The notes under the pieces were generated by a model, which was not told the DNA's origin, did not search any database, and saw only the letters and a program-made list of their open reading frames with translations. 64,000 nucleotides of DNA, taken from the NCBI GenBank assembly GCA_051294375.1, contig CM119266.1:10931834-10995833 (forward strand), in the 5' to 3' direction. A program made the position numbers and the translations under genes. This DNA is from Paraspadella gotoi. Lineage: Eukaryota; Animalia; Chaetognatha. This document shows positions 40,120 to 52,313 of this stretch, piece by piece. Every line of letters begins with the position of its first letter. Position 1 is the stretch's first letter.

Positions 40120-42107
40120 GATCTCGCCTCAGCTACGAACAAGCATATAATGCACCAATCCATAACATCCATGCCCGCCCCCGCCCGAGCAACATAATAA
40201 CAAACACCACAAAAAATCCCGGCACCCTCGCCTCCCTCCCCACAAACCCATCACCAACCCCCGACACCGTCTTCGCTGAACCCCGACGACCGAATCGCGC
40301 GCGCTCAACACAGCCAACTCGCCCGTAAAATGATCCAGACATAGCGCATGCCGCACCTCCTCTCCAGCGGCGTCCGATATGTCCATGGCTGCCCGCCATG
40401 TCCAGCTGGCCACCCCCGAATGTCCAGCTGGCCTCCGCGCGAAGAGACGCTCGATAACGCCACGTCCTTAGCTTATTGGAACCGACCGGCGACCTCTCTC
40501 CTCCTCTCTCTTCGTTCTCTCTCGCTCTCTTTTCTCATATCTCATCTCCTCCTCCTCTCTCTCGCTTCCATCTCCCCTCTGACTATGGCAGTCTTCATAT
40601 CTCTCTCGCTCCATCTCTTCTGCTCCTCGACACTCTCTCCCTCTCTTTGAACTACATTTACATATTCTCCACCTTGTCCTCTATACGCCTCAATACTTAT
40701 CTTCTACCATTAGTCGCTCTATCACTCCCTCCCGCGCACTACAACCTCATCTCTCCTCACACTCGCTCTGTAAATCAATGCATAAACCAGCCATTCTGTG
40801 AAAACACGACTCCTTTTGTGACACCTCGACGCTTCCATCTTTGGCTTGCGATGCAACACAACAGCGCGCACATCGGAACAACTCCTATGCTCACCAACGC
40901 CGCATCAGAATCCGTAAGAATTTGACGGGAAATATACGGAGAATTAAATCAACAACCAACTGCAGCCAATGGATACTGCTCGCAGACAGAACTCCTGCGA
41001 CCGCCCCTCGACCACGGCACGCCGCGAACTAGAAATGCACGAAACTCGACAAAGAAAGTAAGAGAAGACGACGCAGAGAAAAAAAGTGAAAGAGCAACTA
41101 AGAGACAAATTTTAGAACGCAGATTTCGGATGCTTATGACACCGTATATCCAAGAGTGACGACGCGGAGAAACTTGACCACCGCCAGCAGCGACGTACTA
41201 GCAGCAGTTGATCCTTGAACCTTTGCACCGTGATGCGTCACATGGACAGCACGGACGCATTCCGTTCTGCCATAGGTTATAATTGGCGGCAGAGAGTGCT
41301 CACGTAATTTGACAAAATGATAAGCCGTGCCAAGCAGTAGAGAGGTAGGCCTCATGATTAATTAATGTCTTCGGCGGCGAAGCGGCATGGGATCCCGGAA
41401 TACGCCCGACTAAGATTGAAAAAGGGCGTCCGAGTGGCTACCGACGGCGGAGGCAGGCGGCTATGCACTACACCGCTAAGAAAGCATATAAAAGGTGGAA
41501 AAGAAAAAAAAAGAGAAAAAAAAAAAAGAGAGAGCGACGAAAAAAAAGAAAAAAAATAAATTATGATAATAAGAATGTATAAGAATTCAGAACTAGAAGA
41601 AGTCAGAGAATGCCTAATAAAAGCAAAAACGACTAAAACTCTTCCTAACAAGTAACATACAACCAAGACCCACACAACGAGCGAAATGACCGCTAATGAC
41701 TAACCACTCAGCATAAATTATAGTAAACTGCACTCTATAAAAAACCAAATATAGAGAGAGTCCTATCAAAGGAAAGAGATAGCGAAGAGCATAGAGAGAG
41801 AAGAGAAAGAAGAAATAAGTAGAAGAGAGATGACACGAACCAGAATGAGAAGGAGAGACGCCGAACCAGAGAAGAAAAGAATAGAAAGGAGATGAGGAGA
41901 GAAGAAGAGAAAGAGCTGCTCCAAACGAGGAATTAGGCGCAGGCTCAAGGACGTTGATGGGCAGGTTATCTTTTTTTTTTGGTTTTTTTTCAGTGGCGGG
42001 CCAGTTAAGCGAAGGTGATAATCCTTTTAGAAAATTTTTTCCGCATTCATTTTGCACAGAGAAGGCCAAAAGAGAGATCCGACCCGCATGAACGTGCAGA
42101 GAGAGAG
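40120..42107 (-). repeat. Right arm of the 1,988-bp inverted repeat
   Basis: Reverse complement of 36149-38136; degenerate inverted similarity continues past 42107 against sequence left of 36123. Confidence 0.95.
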
Positions 42108-42986
42108 GAGAGAGAGAGTGACCGAGAGAGAGAGAGGAGAGAGAGACGAGAGAGAGACCGAGAGAGATAACGCCACTGCCCTCTCTGCCTGCGGGCAACG
42201 TATCGCAAACCGAAGAGCGAAGCTTTTTTATGACGTCTTCTCTTCTCTGTCGCCCTCTCTCTTTCTACCTCTGTCTCTCCTTTTCATCACTCTCTCACTC
42301 TTGTCTTTGCGCCGTCGAGATTTCTGTAAGTTCAAGGCGGTCAACGGTAAAGTGTATATTGCGCAGAAGAATGGAGAACGGACTTCGGGAAGCGAAGACA
42401 GAACGAAGTAGGCGCCAGATACCCTCGGAGTAGCAGAAAGAAAGACTTAAAGCTACAACGTCGAAATCGCAATCAGAGACAAACGGTAGCGTCCCGAGCC
42501 TAAGTAACGATACCAGTAAGAGTGCGAAATCCGGCAATATGAAGCGACAGAACGGAGAAGCACGTATCCAGATTATGAATTTATAGAGGTATAAGGAACT
42601 CCTAGAGCTGTCAAATTTATTAGTGTAACCGACATGTGCAATCAACGAGGAACGAACGAGGAGTGATACACAGCAGAAAGCATACAGAAAGAGGTCACTT
42701 ATCTAGAAATCCCCTTATTACCGCCAGAGCGAAAGCATAACATATAATTTGCGAAGAAAGAAATGAAACGTAGCAGAACAGTAACGAACGCACATCTGAA
42801 ACAAGACCTAAACGACAGAATACAACAAGAGATCAGAAGACGAGAGATAGCAGAGTGAAACAGCAGAAAAGAATGAATCCGCCGCGTATTTCGACCCAAA
42901 CTGCGCCTCGCGTAGTGCGCGCGGCTGGGTNNNNNNNNNNNNNNNNNNNNNNNNNGAGAGGAATTGGGATAGCGTCGACTAGAGAT

Positions 42987-43802
42987 GAATTGAGAGTGGG
43001 AAAGGTCGACTGTTGTCGTTGTTGTTCCGTTGAGAGTCAACCTTTCAAATGCGTCTTTTTATTCTCGTTCCTTGCGAATTCACGATGGCGTCAGTGTTTC
43101 ATCGACATATTCGTATTTTCAGTAATTCTCATATCCATCCGATCCGCCTGACAGCATGATCGTAACGAGGCCGGACTTTTCTTTTTAAAATGATTTTAGG
43201 CAAGGTTAAGGAATCAATAACATCCTCAGGAAACCTAAATTTTTATTACTATATTAACATTACAAAATTTTTTGCGTTTCCCGAGGTTATTTGCTGGAAC
43301 CGCGCCGGGTCATGGTCGTACCATTGCTAAGAATTTTTAACTTCATATCAGAGTAAACTTCTCGCTAACACCCAAACGGTCCAAACACCCTCCATTCACT
43401 CTTTCACTCGCCAGGCGTGAAGTTCGCCCTCCAAAAAAAAATATACGTCATCACCAAAAAATGAGACGAAAATGATACATCATCAACAATTTCCCATCTA
43501 ATTTCTACCATCATTTCTCTTTCTTCTTTCCCTCCCCACTCCGGACGAAAGAGGAGGGGGGGAAGGAACTTGGGGATGAGAGGAAAAAAGAATATAAGAA
43601 AACAGAGAGCGAAAAGAAGGAGAAGGAGGAAGAGGAGGAAGGGGGGGTTTCTCCAGGACGAGGCGACTAATGACTTCGGCGAGAGAACCATTTTTTATTC
43701 TTTGTTGTGACTTTTACTTTTGGTCGACGAGTTTATGGGTTTTCTTTAAGGCGCTCGTAATTTAGGGTCCTCGTTCTCCTTCTCTCGCGGTGTGTTTCTC
43801 CG

Positions 43803-43849
<47 letters not shown>

Positions 43850-44191
43850 ATCTCCTCTGCTCTCTCTCTTTCTCTTTGGCAAGATGGTAGCCGCGAATTT
43901 CTTTCTTTTTTTTCCTTTTCTCCCCTTCCTCCAACCTCCCTTTCCAGTGTCCCTTGTTCCGACTCCGATGGGGAAAAATGAGTCATTAGATCAAAGGGAC
44001 GGGAAAAGAAAAACTGCGCGGGAAAGAAAAAAAAAGGAATTCGAGTCGTTAAGGTTTATTTTTAACGCAAATTAACGACTGGGAGTTGGAGCAGGAAGAG
44101 GAAGAAGAAAACAGAGTTCGGGAAAAATAAAAGGGGGGGAGGAAGTGGCCAACGTGCGATGAATGTTGTAAAGAGAAAAAGTGGGAACAGC
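42987..44191 (+). repeat. Indel-divergent direct copy of 38137-39538 (the inverted-repeat spacer)
   Basis: Shared anchors GAATTGAGAGTG..., CACGATGGCGTCAGTGTTTCATCGAC, TCGTAATTTAGGGTCCTCGTTCTCCTTCTCTCGCGGTGTG and GGAAGTGGCCAACGTGCGATGAATGTTGTA. This copy is about 200 bp shorter and follows a 25-N gap. Confidence 0.9.
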
Positions 44192-44898
44192 GCATGCGCA
44201 ATGCGGAAAAATCAGTTTAAATTATATTGATTTTATAATGAATCATGAGGTTAATTTAAGGAGGATATATGTATGTATGTATGTCTCCCGACCCTAAATT
44301 AAATATAAACTAAAGTCGTTCCTTTTTTTAAATGCTTTTCTCTGTCCGTTTTTCCAATCCGTTCGGTCCGTCCGTCCGGACCTCTATTTACTGGCCATGG
44401 CCAAGAGTTCGGCATCAAAGCGAAAGGCCAACTCTGCCGTCCGGCCTCGTAGCCTCTTCCTCTTTGACATTGAAATCGAATGGTGGACGGGAGATGCAGA
44501 AAAGTAGGATATGCAGAAGAGAGAGACAAAGATAAGTGAGGGAGAGAGAGAGGAGAAGAGACGAGAGAAAGAGAGACGGAAGAAAGGAGGATGAGATGAA
44601 GAAGATGTCCAAAAGTTGGAGGTCAAACGAGCTTCTTCTTTTGATGCCGGCGTCCAAACAAGTTAGAAGACCGGTCGTCCGCTTCGGCGTCTCCTGCATC
44701 CGATTTCTATCTCTACCTCTCAACCATACAACCCATAAACGAGATCCACTTCCAGGATCTAAGATTATCACCCCGGGTCAAAATCAACACCCCTCAACCA
44801 CATTTCGCCCCTCCTTGCTCATTGCACCTCCGTCCAGTCGCCCCTTTTCCTTTTAACGGTCGTCGTGAGAGAAAAAAAGTAGAATCGTTCGGACACCA

Positions 44899-45000
44899 AT
44901 GCCATCTGCGACGGTGGCAAATGCCATCTGCGACGGTGGCGAATACCATCGGAGACGCCGTTTAATGGCATCAGCGTCGTTGGCCGATACCATCGATGAC
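44899..45000. repeat. 22-bp minisatellite with hairpin-forming unit ATGCCATCTGCGACGGTGGCAA
   Basis: Two near-identical units at 44899-44942, followed by about three decayed units in the same 22-bp register. Confidence 0.7.
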
Positions 45001-45579
45001 GAAAGAAAACGCAATAAAAGAACCGGCTAAAGATTTGCCTTTGCCACGATCAGCGACGACATCAATGGTGCAGGCAAACGTCATTTGCGACGGTCAAAAC
45101 CGATGGAGAAACGAAAACGAGAAATTGCGGCCTCGAGTTGTTGTTGTTGTTCGAGTTCGGTAATGATTGCTTGGGTAGATGTCGTTGTTGTGGTTTGTTT
45201 TGGTTTATATTTGTGTGGAGCCCCAGAGAGATCTACAATGGATACGGCCTTTTAATAGCAACACAAATAATTGGACTTCAAAATCGCCACTTGGCGACAA
45301 GGAAGATGAACTTTACACCAGAAAATGGTTTCATCATCGCTCTTCAAGCCCTTATTACATTAAAAACATAATGAATGAAATTAAATATCTTTATATTTTG
45401 TTATCTTTGAACGCTCTTTTGAACATGTACAGTTCTGAGTTACCAGTATAACTTTTATTCACGGTCTATAATTGTAGTAGCACATAAAAATTTTAATGTA
45501 ACAACACTGTTGAAGAATTAAATGTCGCCTTAAAGGAAGATAATTCCAGGGCAAATAGAAATCTATTCCCAATCAAATT

Positions 45580-45876
45580 TCTCTCTCTCGTCTCCTCTCT
45601 ATCTCTCATCTCTCGTCTCTCATCTTCTCTCTCTCTTCCTCTCTCGAGTCTCTCTCTCTCTTCTCTTCTTTTCTTTTTCGAGTCCGTTCTTCCGAACAAT
45701 CGACAAAATTAACCTTATAAAAAAAAACCTTTTTATGCGATGAACCGACTCACATCTAAAAAGGTTAGGATAAGCACCCCCCCCAACGCACTCCCCCCCC
45801 TCCAAAGCTCGCTCCGACGGACGAGGATCCTCGCGCCGAGTAATTAGGTTTCGTTTTTCCTCGGACGCAAACAACA
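45580..45876 (+). repeat. About 300-bp segment duplicated at about 48835-49138
   Basis: Shared TTTCGAGTCCGTT...ACAATCGAC...ATGCGATGAA...AAAAAGGTTAGG...CTCGCGCCGAGTAATT...CCTCGGACGCAA; the copies differ mostly by 1-bp indels. Confidence 0.85.
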
Positions 45877-47188
45877 ATAAAATTCGGCCGGTGAAGCTTG
45901 ACGAAAATATGTGAGAATTGCCTCTTGGTTTGTTATTTTCTGTCCGATAATACAGCGATGTGCCCGTGTTTTGGTCGTCGTCGTCGTGTGTTGATTGTAT
46001 TTTCCCGCGAAGGCGCGGAGAGAAGAGAGAGAGATGAGAGAGTGAGAGAGAGAGAGAGAGAGAGAGAAGATGAGAGAGATGAGAAGAGAGATGGAGAGAG
46101 AGAGAAGAGAGAGAGAACGAGAAGTGAGAGAGAGAAAGAGGGGAGATGAATATGGGCGCCGGGGCAAATGTTGGCGCGCGTCGCGGATATGGTGCTGAGC
46201 CGAAAGGAACGGGGGGATCGGGAGAGCCGATGGGGCAGGAGTCGGGGAATGTGAGGGAAAGGATGGGGATCGGGGAGCCGATGGGCCACAGGATCGGGGA
46301 ATTGTGGGGAAAGCGGTGGGGGATACGGTCGCGAAGGGTCAGTTTTATGGCGACCATCGCCAACCGCAAACGGATGTCGATTTTAACAGGAGAGCGAGAA
46401 GAGAAGGAGTTAGAGAGAGAGAGGAGAGAGAGACGAGAGAGAGAGAAGACGAGAGAAGCGAGATGGAGGAGGAAGATGAGAGAGGACGGGGGGTAAGATA
46501 TGAGGAAAGAGGAATAAAGTGAGACTCCTGTGTAGGCAAACCGAAAGCCCATTGACAAGAACGGTAGGCTTAAAAGGCACGCTCTGCCGTGAGAGCATCG
46601 TGGGCCACCGAGGCTTTTGGAATGAGAAATGCCCCACAGAGCGGGTGTAGTGTCGGGTTCGACGGTGGGGACTAGATGCTCTTTTACTTGGCGGAGCCCG
46701 GAGGTCAACTTTGTAGCCGATGGATTCAACCCTGACATTGTCTTTCTTCCGAGTCCCAGTAGCGATCCAAAAAGGGCGATGGAGCAAGCTGGGAACGGAG
46801 CAAATGAGACAGAGAGGTTTGACGATTTATTTAAGCCTTATGCGGTTGATACGACGATCTTTGGATTAAATCATAATTATATATTTATATATTTATATAT
46901 AATTTAATATTATATCTAGCCGTGAAACGACGAATTTATATTATATAAGTTTTAAATAATAATTTAAGCTTAGCGGTGTTCGGGCATGATACGACGATCT
47001 ATGTGAATTATCTACCAGTAAAAGTTAACTTCTTTCTGTTGGCAGAAATTATTTATAACTGAAAAAGCGTAAAATCAATGAATACTAGAAAGTCTCAAAA
47101 AAAAACGCTTTATTGTCTCTTACATCAACTTGGACCCGGGGAGACATTCACCCCGACAGCAACTCGCATTAAAAGCATAATTTCTTTC

Positions 47189-47192
<4 letters not shown>

Positions 47193-47285
<93 letters not shown>

Positions 47286-47419
47286 GTCTCTCTCTTTCAC
47301 TTCGTACTGCGCACATGCGTCATTGACCTCCGTGACCCGTGTTGTGCGCTCGACCCACGCTGACCCAATAGTCAGAACCCAACTTTGGTTTCCAATGCAA
47401 CGCGAATCAATCGAACGAA

Positions 47420-47495
<76 letters not shown>
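47193..47495. repeat. Opposed (TC)n and (GA)n microsatellites
   Basis: Long (TC)n at about 47193-47290 and (GA)n at about 47420-47495. Confidence 0.9.
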
Positions 47496-48003
47496 GCAGA
47501 GACGATGAGGAGAGCCGACGTAGGTTATGGCCATCAGAGAAAAACACATAACGCGGAAAAAAAAAGCGTTTCCCCCTGGAAACGCACACAATGAAAAAAA
47601 AAAAACAGAAAACGAACCGGGAGTCTTTGCTGCGCGAGTCGTTTTCTTTTTCGGCGACACAATCTTCGCTCACACANNNNNNNNNNNNNNNNNNNNNNNN
47701 NCGATTTCACCATTTTTCGGGAAAGGGGTGGGGGGTGTTTTAGGGGCGGAAAGGGATTATACGAGCGATTGGTGACTGGGACCAAACTGATCTCCAATCC
47801 AGTGAGCGGGGCCGACGACCTGAGCACACCCCTTGGCCACGCCCTTTTCTCTGGAGCGAGACTTTCCTCACGCCGCTCACGGTCCCGACTTACCGAGAGC
47901 CTCGCTTTCCTCGATATCCACCGACGAATGTGTCATTTTGAGGTGCCGGCAAATTTCTCTACGTCTGCTATTCGCTGTCTCTCTTTCTCTCTCTCTCTCT
48001 TCT

Positions 48004-48073
<70 letters not shown>

Positions 48074-48155
48074 TCTTCATTCCATCCCTCCGTTAACCCC
48101 TTTTTAAACCCCCGTTTCCGCCCGTGCGGCGTACAACTCATTTTCCACGGGATTA

Positions 48156-48186
<31 letters not shown>

Positions 48187-49867
48187 TCTTACTCTCTCTC
48201 TCTCTCTTCTCTCTCTCATCTCTCTCTCTCATCTCTCTTCTTTTCTCATTCTCGTCTCGTTGCGGACTATGACCTTTGTTCGCTGTCGATGTCACGGAAA
48301 TCCGTGACGTTGATCGTCGGTGAAGAGACGAAGAAATATTTAACCTTTTGTTCTTTAAAAATTGGAGTATGTTGGTCGCAATGTCCACGCCTCAGACTCA
48401 CAGTGTTTTTAGATGTGAATCTCACGGATCTTCAAATGTAACGGATCTTTTGTTTTGACATAACCAATCAGTGATTCACTTAATATAGTCCTTAAAATAA
48501 CCACCGTGAACTACCAACGCACGCAACTTACCTGACAAAAGACAACTTACCTTTACGAAGAAAAAAAACCTTTAAACTTGGGACTCGGGCAAATTATCGA
48601 CTACAAAGCCGAAGGCCGCTGACCCTCTGCCCCGCTCCTACCGGCGGGACAACCAGCCATATGGTGGGGCTGGTGGCGGAGAGCAGTGGTGTGCACAGGG
48701 GCGAGTCGCTAAATTCTTCGATAAATTCGTGTGGAAAAAAAGGCAAAAGAAAACAGAAAGAAGATGAGGAAGAAATCGCTATGCCGTTTTCATGGTTTCT
48801 TTGTCTATTGTCTGTCTGTCTGTCTGTCTGTCTCTCTCCCTCTCTCATCTCTCTCTTCTCTCTCTCTCTCTCTACTCTCTCTCCTCTCTCTCTCTCTCTC
48901 TCATCTCTCTCTATCTCTCTCTCTCTCTCTCTATTTCGAGTCCGTTTTCCGAGACAATCGACCAAAATAAACCTTTATAAAAAAACCCTTTTCAATGCGA
49001 TGAAACCGACTCAACATCTTGAAAAAAGGTTAGGTAAGCAACCCCCCCCCAACGCCTCCCCCCCTCCAAACCTCGCTTCCGACGCCGGAGAGATTCTCGC
49101 GCCGAGTAATTGGTTTCGTTTTCCTCGGACGCAACACCATCTCTCTCTTTGGTTTTTCGTCGGGGATTTTTTTTTCCTCGACCGAATCCGATTTCGACGG
49201 AGTGAGATTATGTGGGCGGTGTGGTCAATGGGCAGTGTGGGCGGCGTGGGCTATGGGAAGTGTCGGTGTTTGAGGGACGAGTGTGGCAGTATGGTTGGTG
49301 TAAGAGTGAAGGCGTTGGGAAGAGTGTTGAATTTAAATTAAATTAACTAAATCTAGATTTTAATTTCATCGATCGAGAATTACGTTGATTGACTTCATTC
49401 CTTGGTGAGAGAAGGATCTGTTTCTCTCTTTCACCTCAATTGACGCCCTTTTCCGCCGCCAACCATCTTCGCCCACTCTCTAACCCCCAAAAATTCGCGG
49501 CTCCTTAAAGTCGCCAAAAAAAGGGGGCGTGCCCGAGCGGGTGATGTATTCTCGAGCGAACCGACCTCTCGCCCGGGTCAGCGAAACAACCATGGCTCAA
49601 TTAGAGAAAAAAAAAGAGAGAAAAAACCCTTAGGAATGAAAAAAAAAGAAAGAAAAAATCCGACGTTCCCGCCTAACGACATGCAAATCTCGGCGTGTAA
49701 TAAGCCGGGCAAACATGCGCACCTCGCCTCTGGTTTTTTTTTCTCTCTTTGCTCTTCGTTCACCCTTCGAACAGCTGTATTTCGTGAGGACCTCTCTCTA
49801 TCTCTATCTCTCTGTCTCTGTTTCTCTCTTACAGTCTTACTCTTTCTCTTCCACAATCCCACTCTCT

Positions 49868-49908
<41 letters not shown>

Positions 49909-50843
49909 CTCGTGCTACTCTCTCTCTCTCTCTCTCTCTTCTCTCTTTCTCGCTCTTAAAACCTTTTCCCTTCCACCCTTATTTTTTTCCCGTTTTTTTT
50001 TCCAAACCTCAACTCTAAATGCTATAATTAATTTCATAAGTGAACGCGGCTCGCGCCAAGTTTTGAACCCGCGACCCTGGCGACCGCGTCCGCTCGGACC
50101 ACGTGGCGTGAGGCCGCGCAGGGATAGACAGATGGAAGATTGTAATGGCCGTGTGCGCGAAATCTGTCTCGACTAAGAGAGAGAGGATGGGGAACGATGA
50201 GAGGATGAGAGAAGAAGAAGGGGCCGTGGAAGCCTGCTCGAGAGCGTGATGAAGGATTCCACTCGCGGGTTCAAGATGAGACGGTTTTGTTTCCGGCGAG
50301 GGGCGAGGAATGGCATGAGTGGGCGGCGAAAGGAGAAGAGAGAGAAGAGAGAGATGGACCAGACGCAGTTGGAGAATTTTACAGATGGGAACCTAGCAGC
50401 ATCTGGACGTCGAGTGATGATGGACTGAACCACCAAAAGGGTGGTTGGCCGACCAAGCTACCGACGCGCCGACGTTCTGTGTAACCGCACGAAGTCCTCA
50501 GATGACACGCCTTGTCTCGAGGGATGACGAGGCCGGTGAATTACGGATTATGGAGCGTGCCAAAGTAGGCGCGGTAATGCGCGTGCGCGGAGGGCGTGGC
50601 CGCGTGGCGGCGTGGGCGTTATTGTCACGGTGACACCGGCGTAAGAGAGAGCATATGTTTAAGGAATNNNNNNNNNNNNNNNNNNNNNNNNNNNNNNNNN
50701 NNNNNNNNNNNNNNNNNNNNNNNNNNNNNNNNNNNNNNNNNNNNNNNNNNNNNNNNNNNNNNNNNNNNNNNNNNNNNNNNNNNNNNNNNNNNNNNNNNNN
50801 NNNNNNNNNNNNNNNNNNNNNNNNNNNNNNNNNNNNNNNNNNN

Positions 50844-50878
<35 letters not shown>

Positions 50879-51445
50879 ATATTATATGTATAAATGTATA
50901 TATGTATAAAGAATCAAAATAATGGTGAAGTTCCGAGGGAGACCTTTAATAGTAAAGCGAAATGACTGAGCTTAACTCTTCTAACAAGTAACATACAGAC
51001 TTAGAGACGCGCACAAACGACAGAGAGCGATAACTATTACTAGAGTTTTTTTTCACGCTGGACTTGAGGCTCGAGAGAACCAGTAGGTAGGAATGAAAAT
51101 AATTATAGATGGTCCGACGAACGAGAGAGAGANNNNNNNNNNNNNNNNNNNNNNNNNNNNNNNNNNNNNNNNNNNNNNNNNNNNNNNNNNNNNNNNNNNN
51201 NNNNNNNNNNNNNNNNNNNNNNNNNNNNNNNNNNNNNNNNNNNNNNNNNNNNNNNNNNNNNNNNNNNNNNNNNNNNNNNNNNNNNNNNNNNNNNNNNNNN
51301 NNNNNNNNNNNNNNNNNNNNNNNNNNNNNNNNNNNNNNNNNNNNNNNAGAGAGAGAGACGTTCAATGGAATCTCACACAATGAGCTCCGCTGATTAACGG
51401 AGACGGAAGGGAAGAACCCAGGAAGGTGGAAGGAAAGCAACAGAG

Positions 51446-51570
51446 GAATGAAGAAGTGAACGAAAGAATGAAGGAACGAAGGAACGAAGGAACAAAAGAA
51501 CAAAAGAACGAAGGAATGAAGGAACGAAAGAACGAAAGAACGAAAGAACGAAAGAACGAAGGAACGAAGG
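51446..51570. repeat. 8-bp tandem repeat (GAACGAAR)n
   Basis: gaacgaag / gaacaaaa / gaatgaag / gaacgaaa units read directly. Confidence 0.9.
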
Positions 51571-52271
51571 GACCAACCTTCTATAATCAAAAATCATAAT
51601 CTTGATTAGAAAAAAAAAATTGCGGCGCATAATAGAACAAAATTACGTATTCAACTTCTAGATTGCGAAACTCATTTCCGGTTCCGTCGATCGGCGCCGA
51701 CGATCCCGGCCGCCGGGATGAGAAAGAAAAAACCTTGAAATCCGGCAACACCGGCAGCACAGCGCTACCGGCATCCCTATCGCTGCCGACGCAGCCGNNN
51801 NNNNNNNNNNNNNNNNNNNNNNNNNNNNNNNNNNNNNNNNNNNNNNNNNNNNNNNNNNNNNNNNNNNNNNNNNNNNNNNNNNNNNNNNNNNNNNNNNNNN
51901 NNNNNNNNNNNNNNNNNNNNNNNNNNNNNNNNNNNNNNNNNNNNNNNNNNNNNNNNNNNNNNNNNNNNNNNNNNNNNNNNNNNNNNNNNNNNNNNNNNNN
52001 NNNNNNNNNNNNNNNNNNNNNNNNNNNNNNNNNNNNNNNNNNNNNNNNNNNNNNNNNNNNNNNNNNNNACGCGTTCCTTCGAAAGGAGAAGAGTGAAAAA
52101 TTAACCTCTCGGACTTTTGGATGGAGAGAGGGGCAGCGGAGCAGCGGGGACTGCGGAGGCAACGGCGGGTGCAGCGGCAGGTGCGGCGGGGCTTCGTCGC
52201 TTTTTTCGATCAGTTCGTTGCTTTGACCGTGAGAGCGAATTAGTTTTAGAGAACTGACGAACGGGTGAAAG

Positions 52272-52313
52272 GTGTTTAACGAGCAAACGTGTTTAACGAG
52301 CAAACGCGTTTAA
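52272..52313. repeat. 17-bp tandem repeat GTGTTTAACGAGCAAAC, about 2.5 copies
   Basis: Two exact copies and a partial third. Confidence 0.85.

Noticed and set aside
36149-42107. Autonomous TIR/Foldback transposon or Polinton-like element
   Set aside because: No transposase or integrase ORF, no target-site duplication, and the boundary coincides with an assembly gap.
44899-45000. CRISPR-like palindromic repeat array
   Set aside because: Units are contiguous with no unique spacers, there are no cas genes, and the context is eukaryotic.
45620-46738. 372-aa minus-strand ORF
   Set aside because: Passes through several microsatellites and a G-rich repeat; no domain recognisable.
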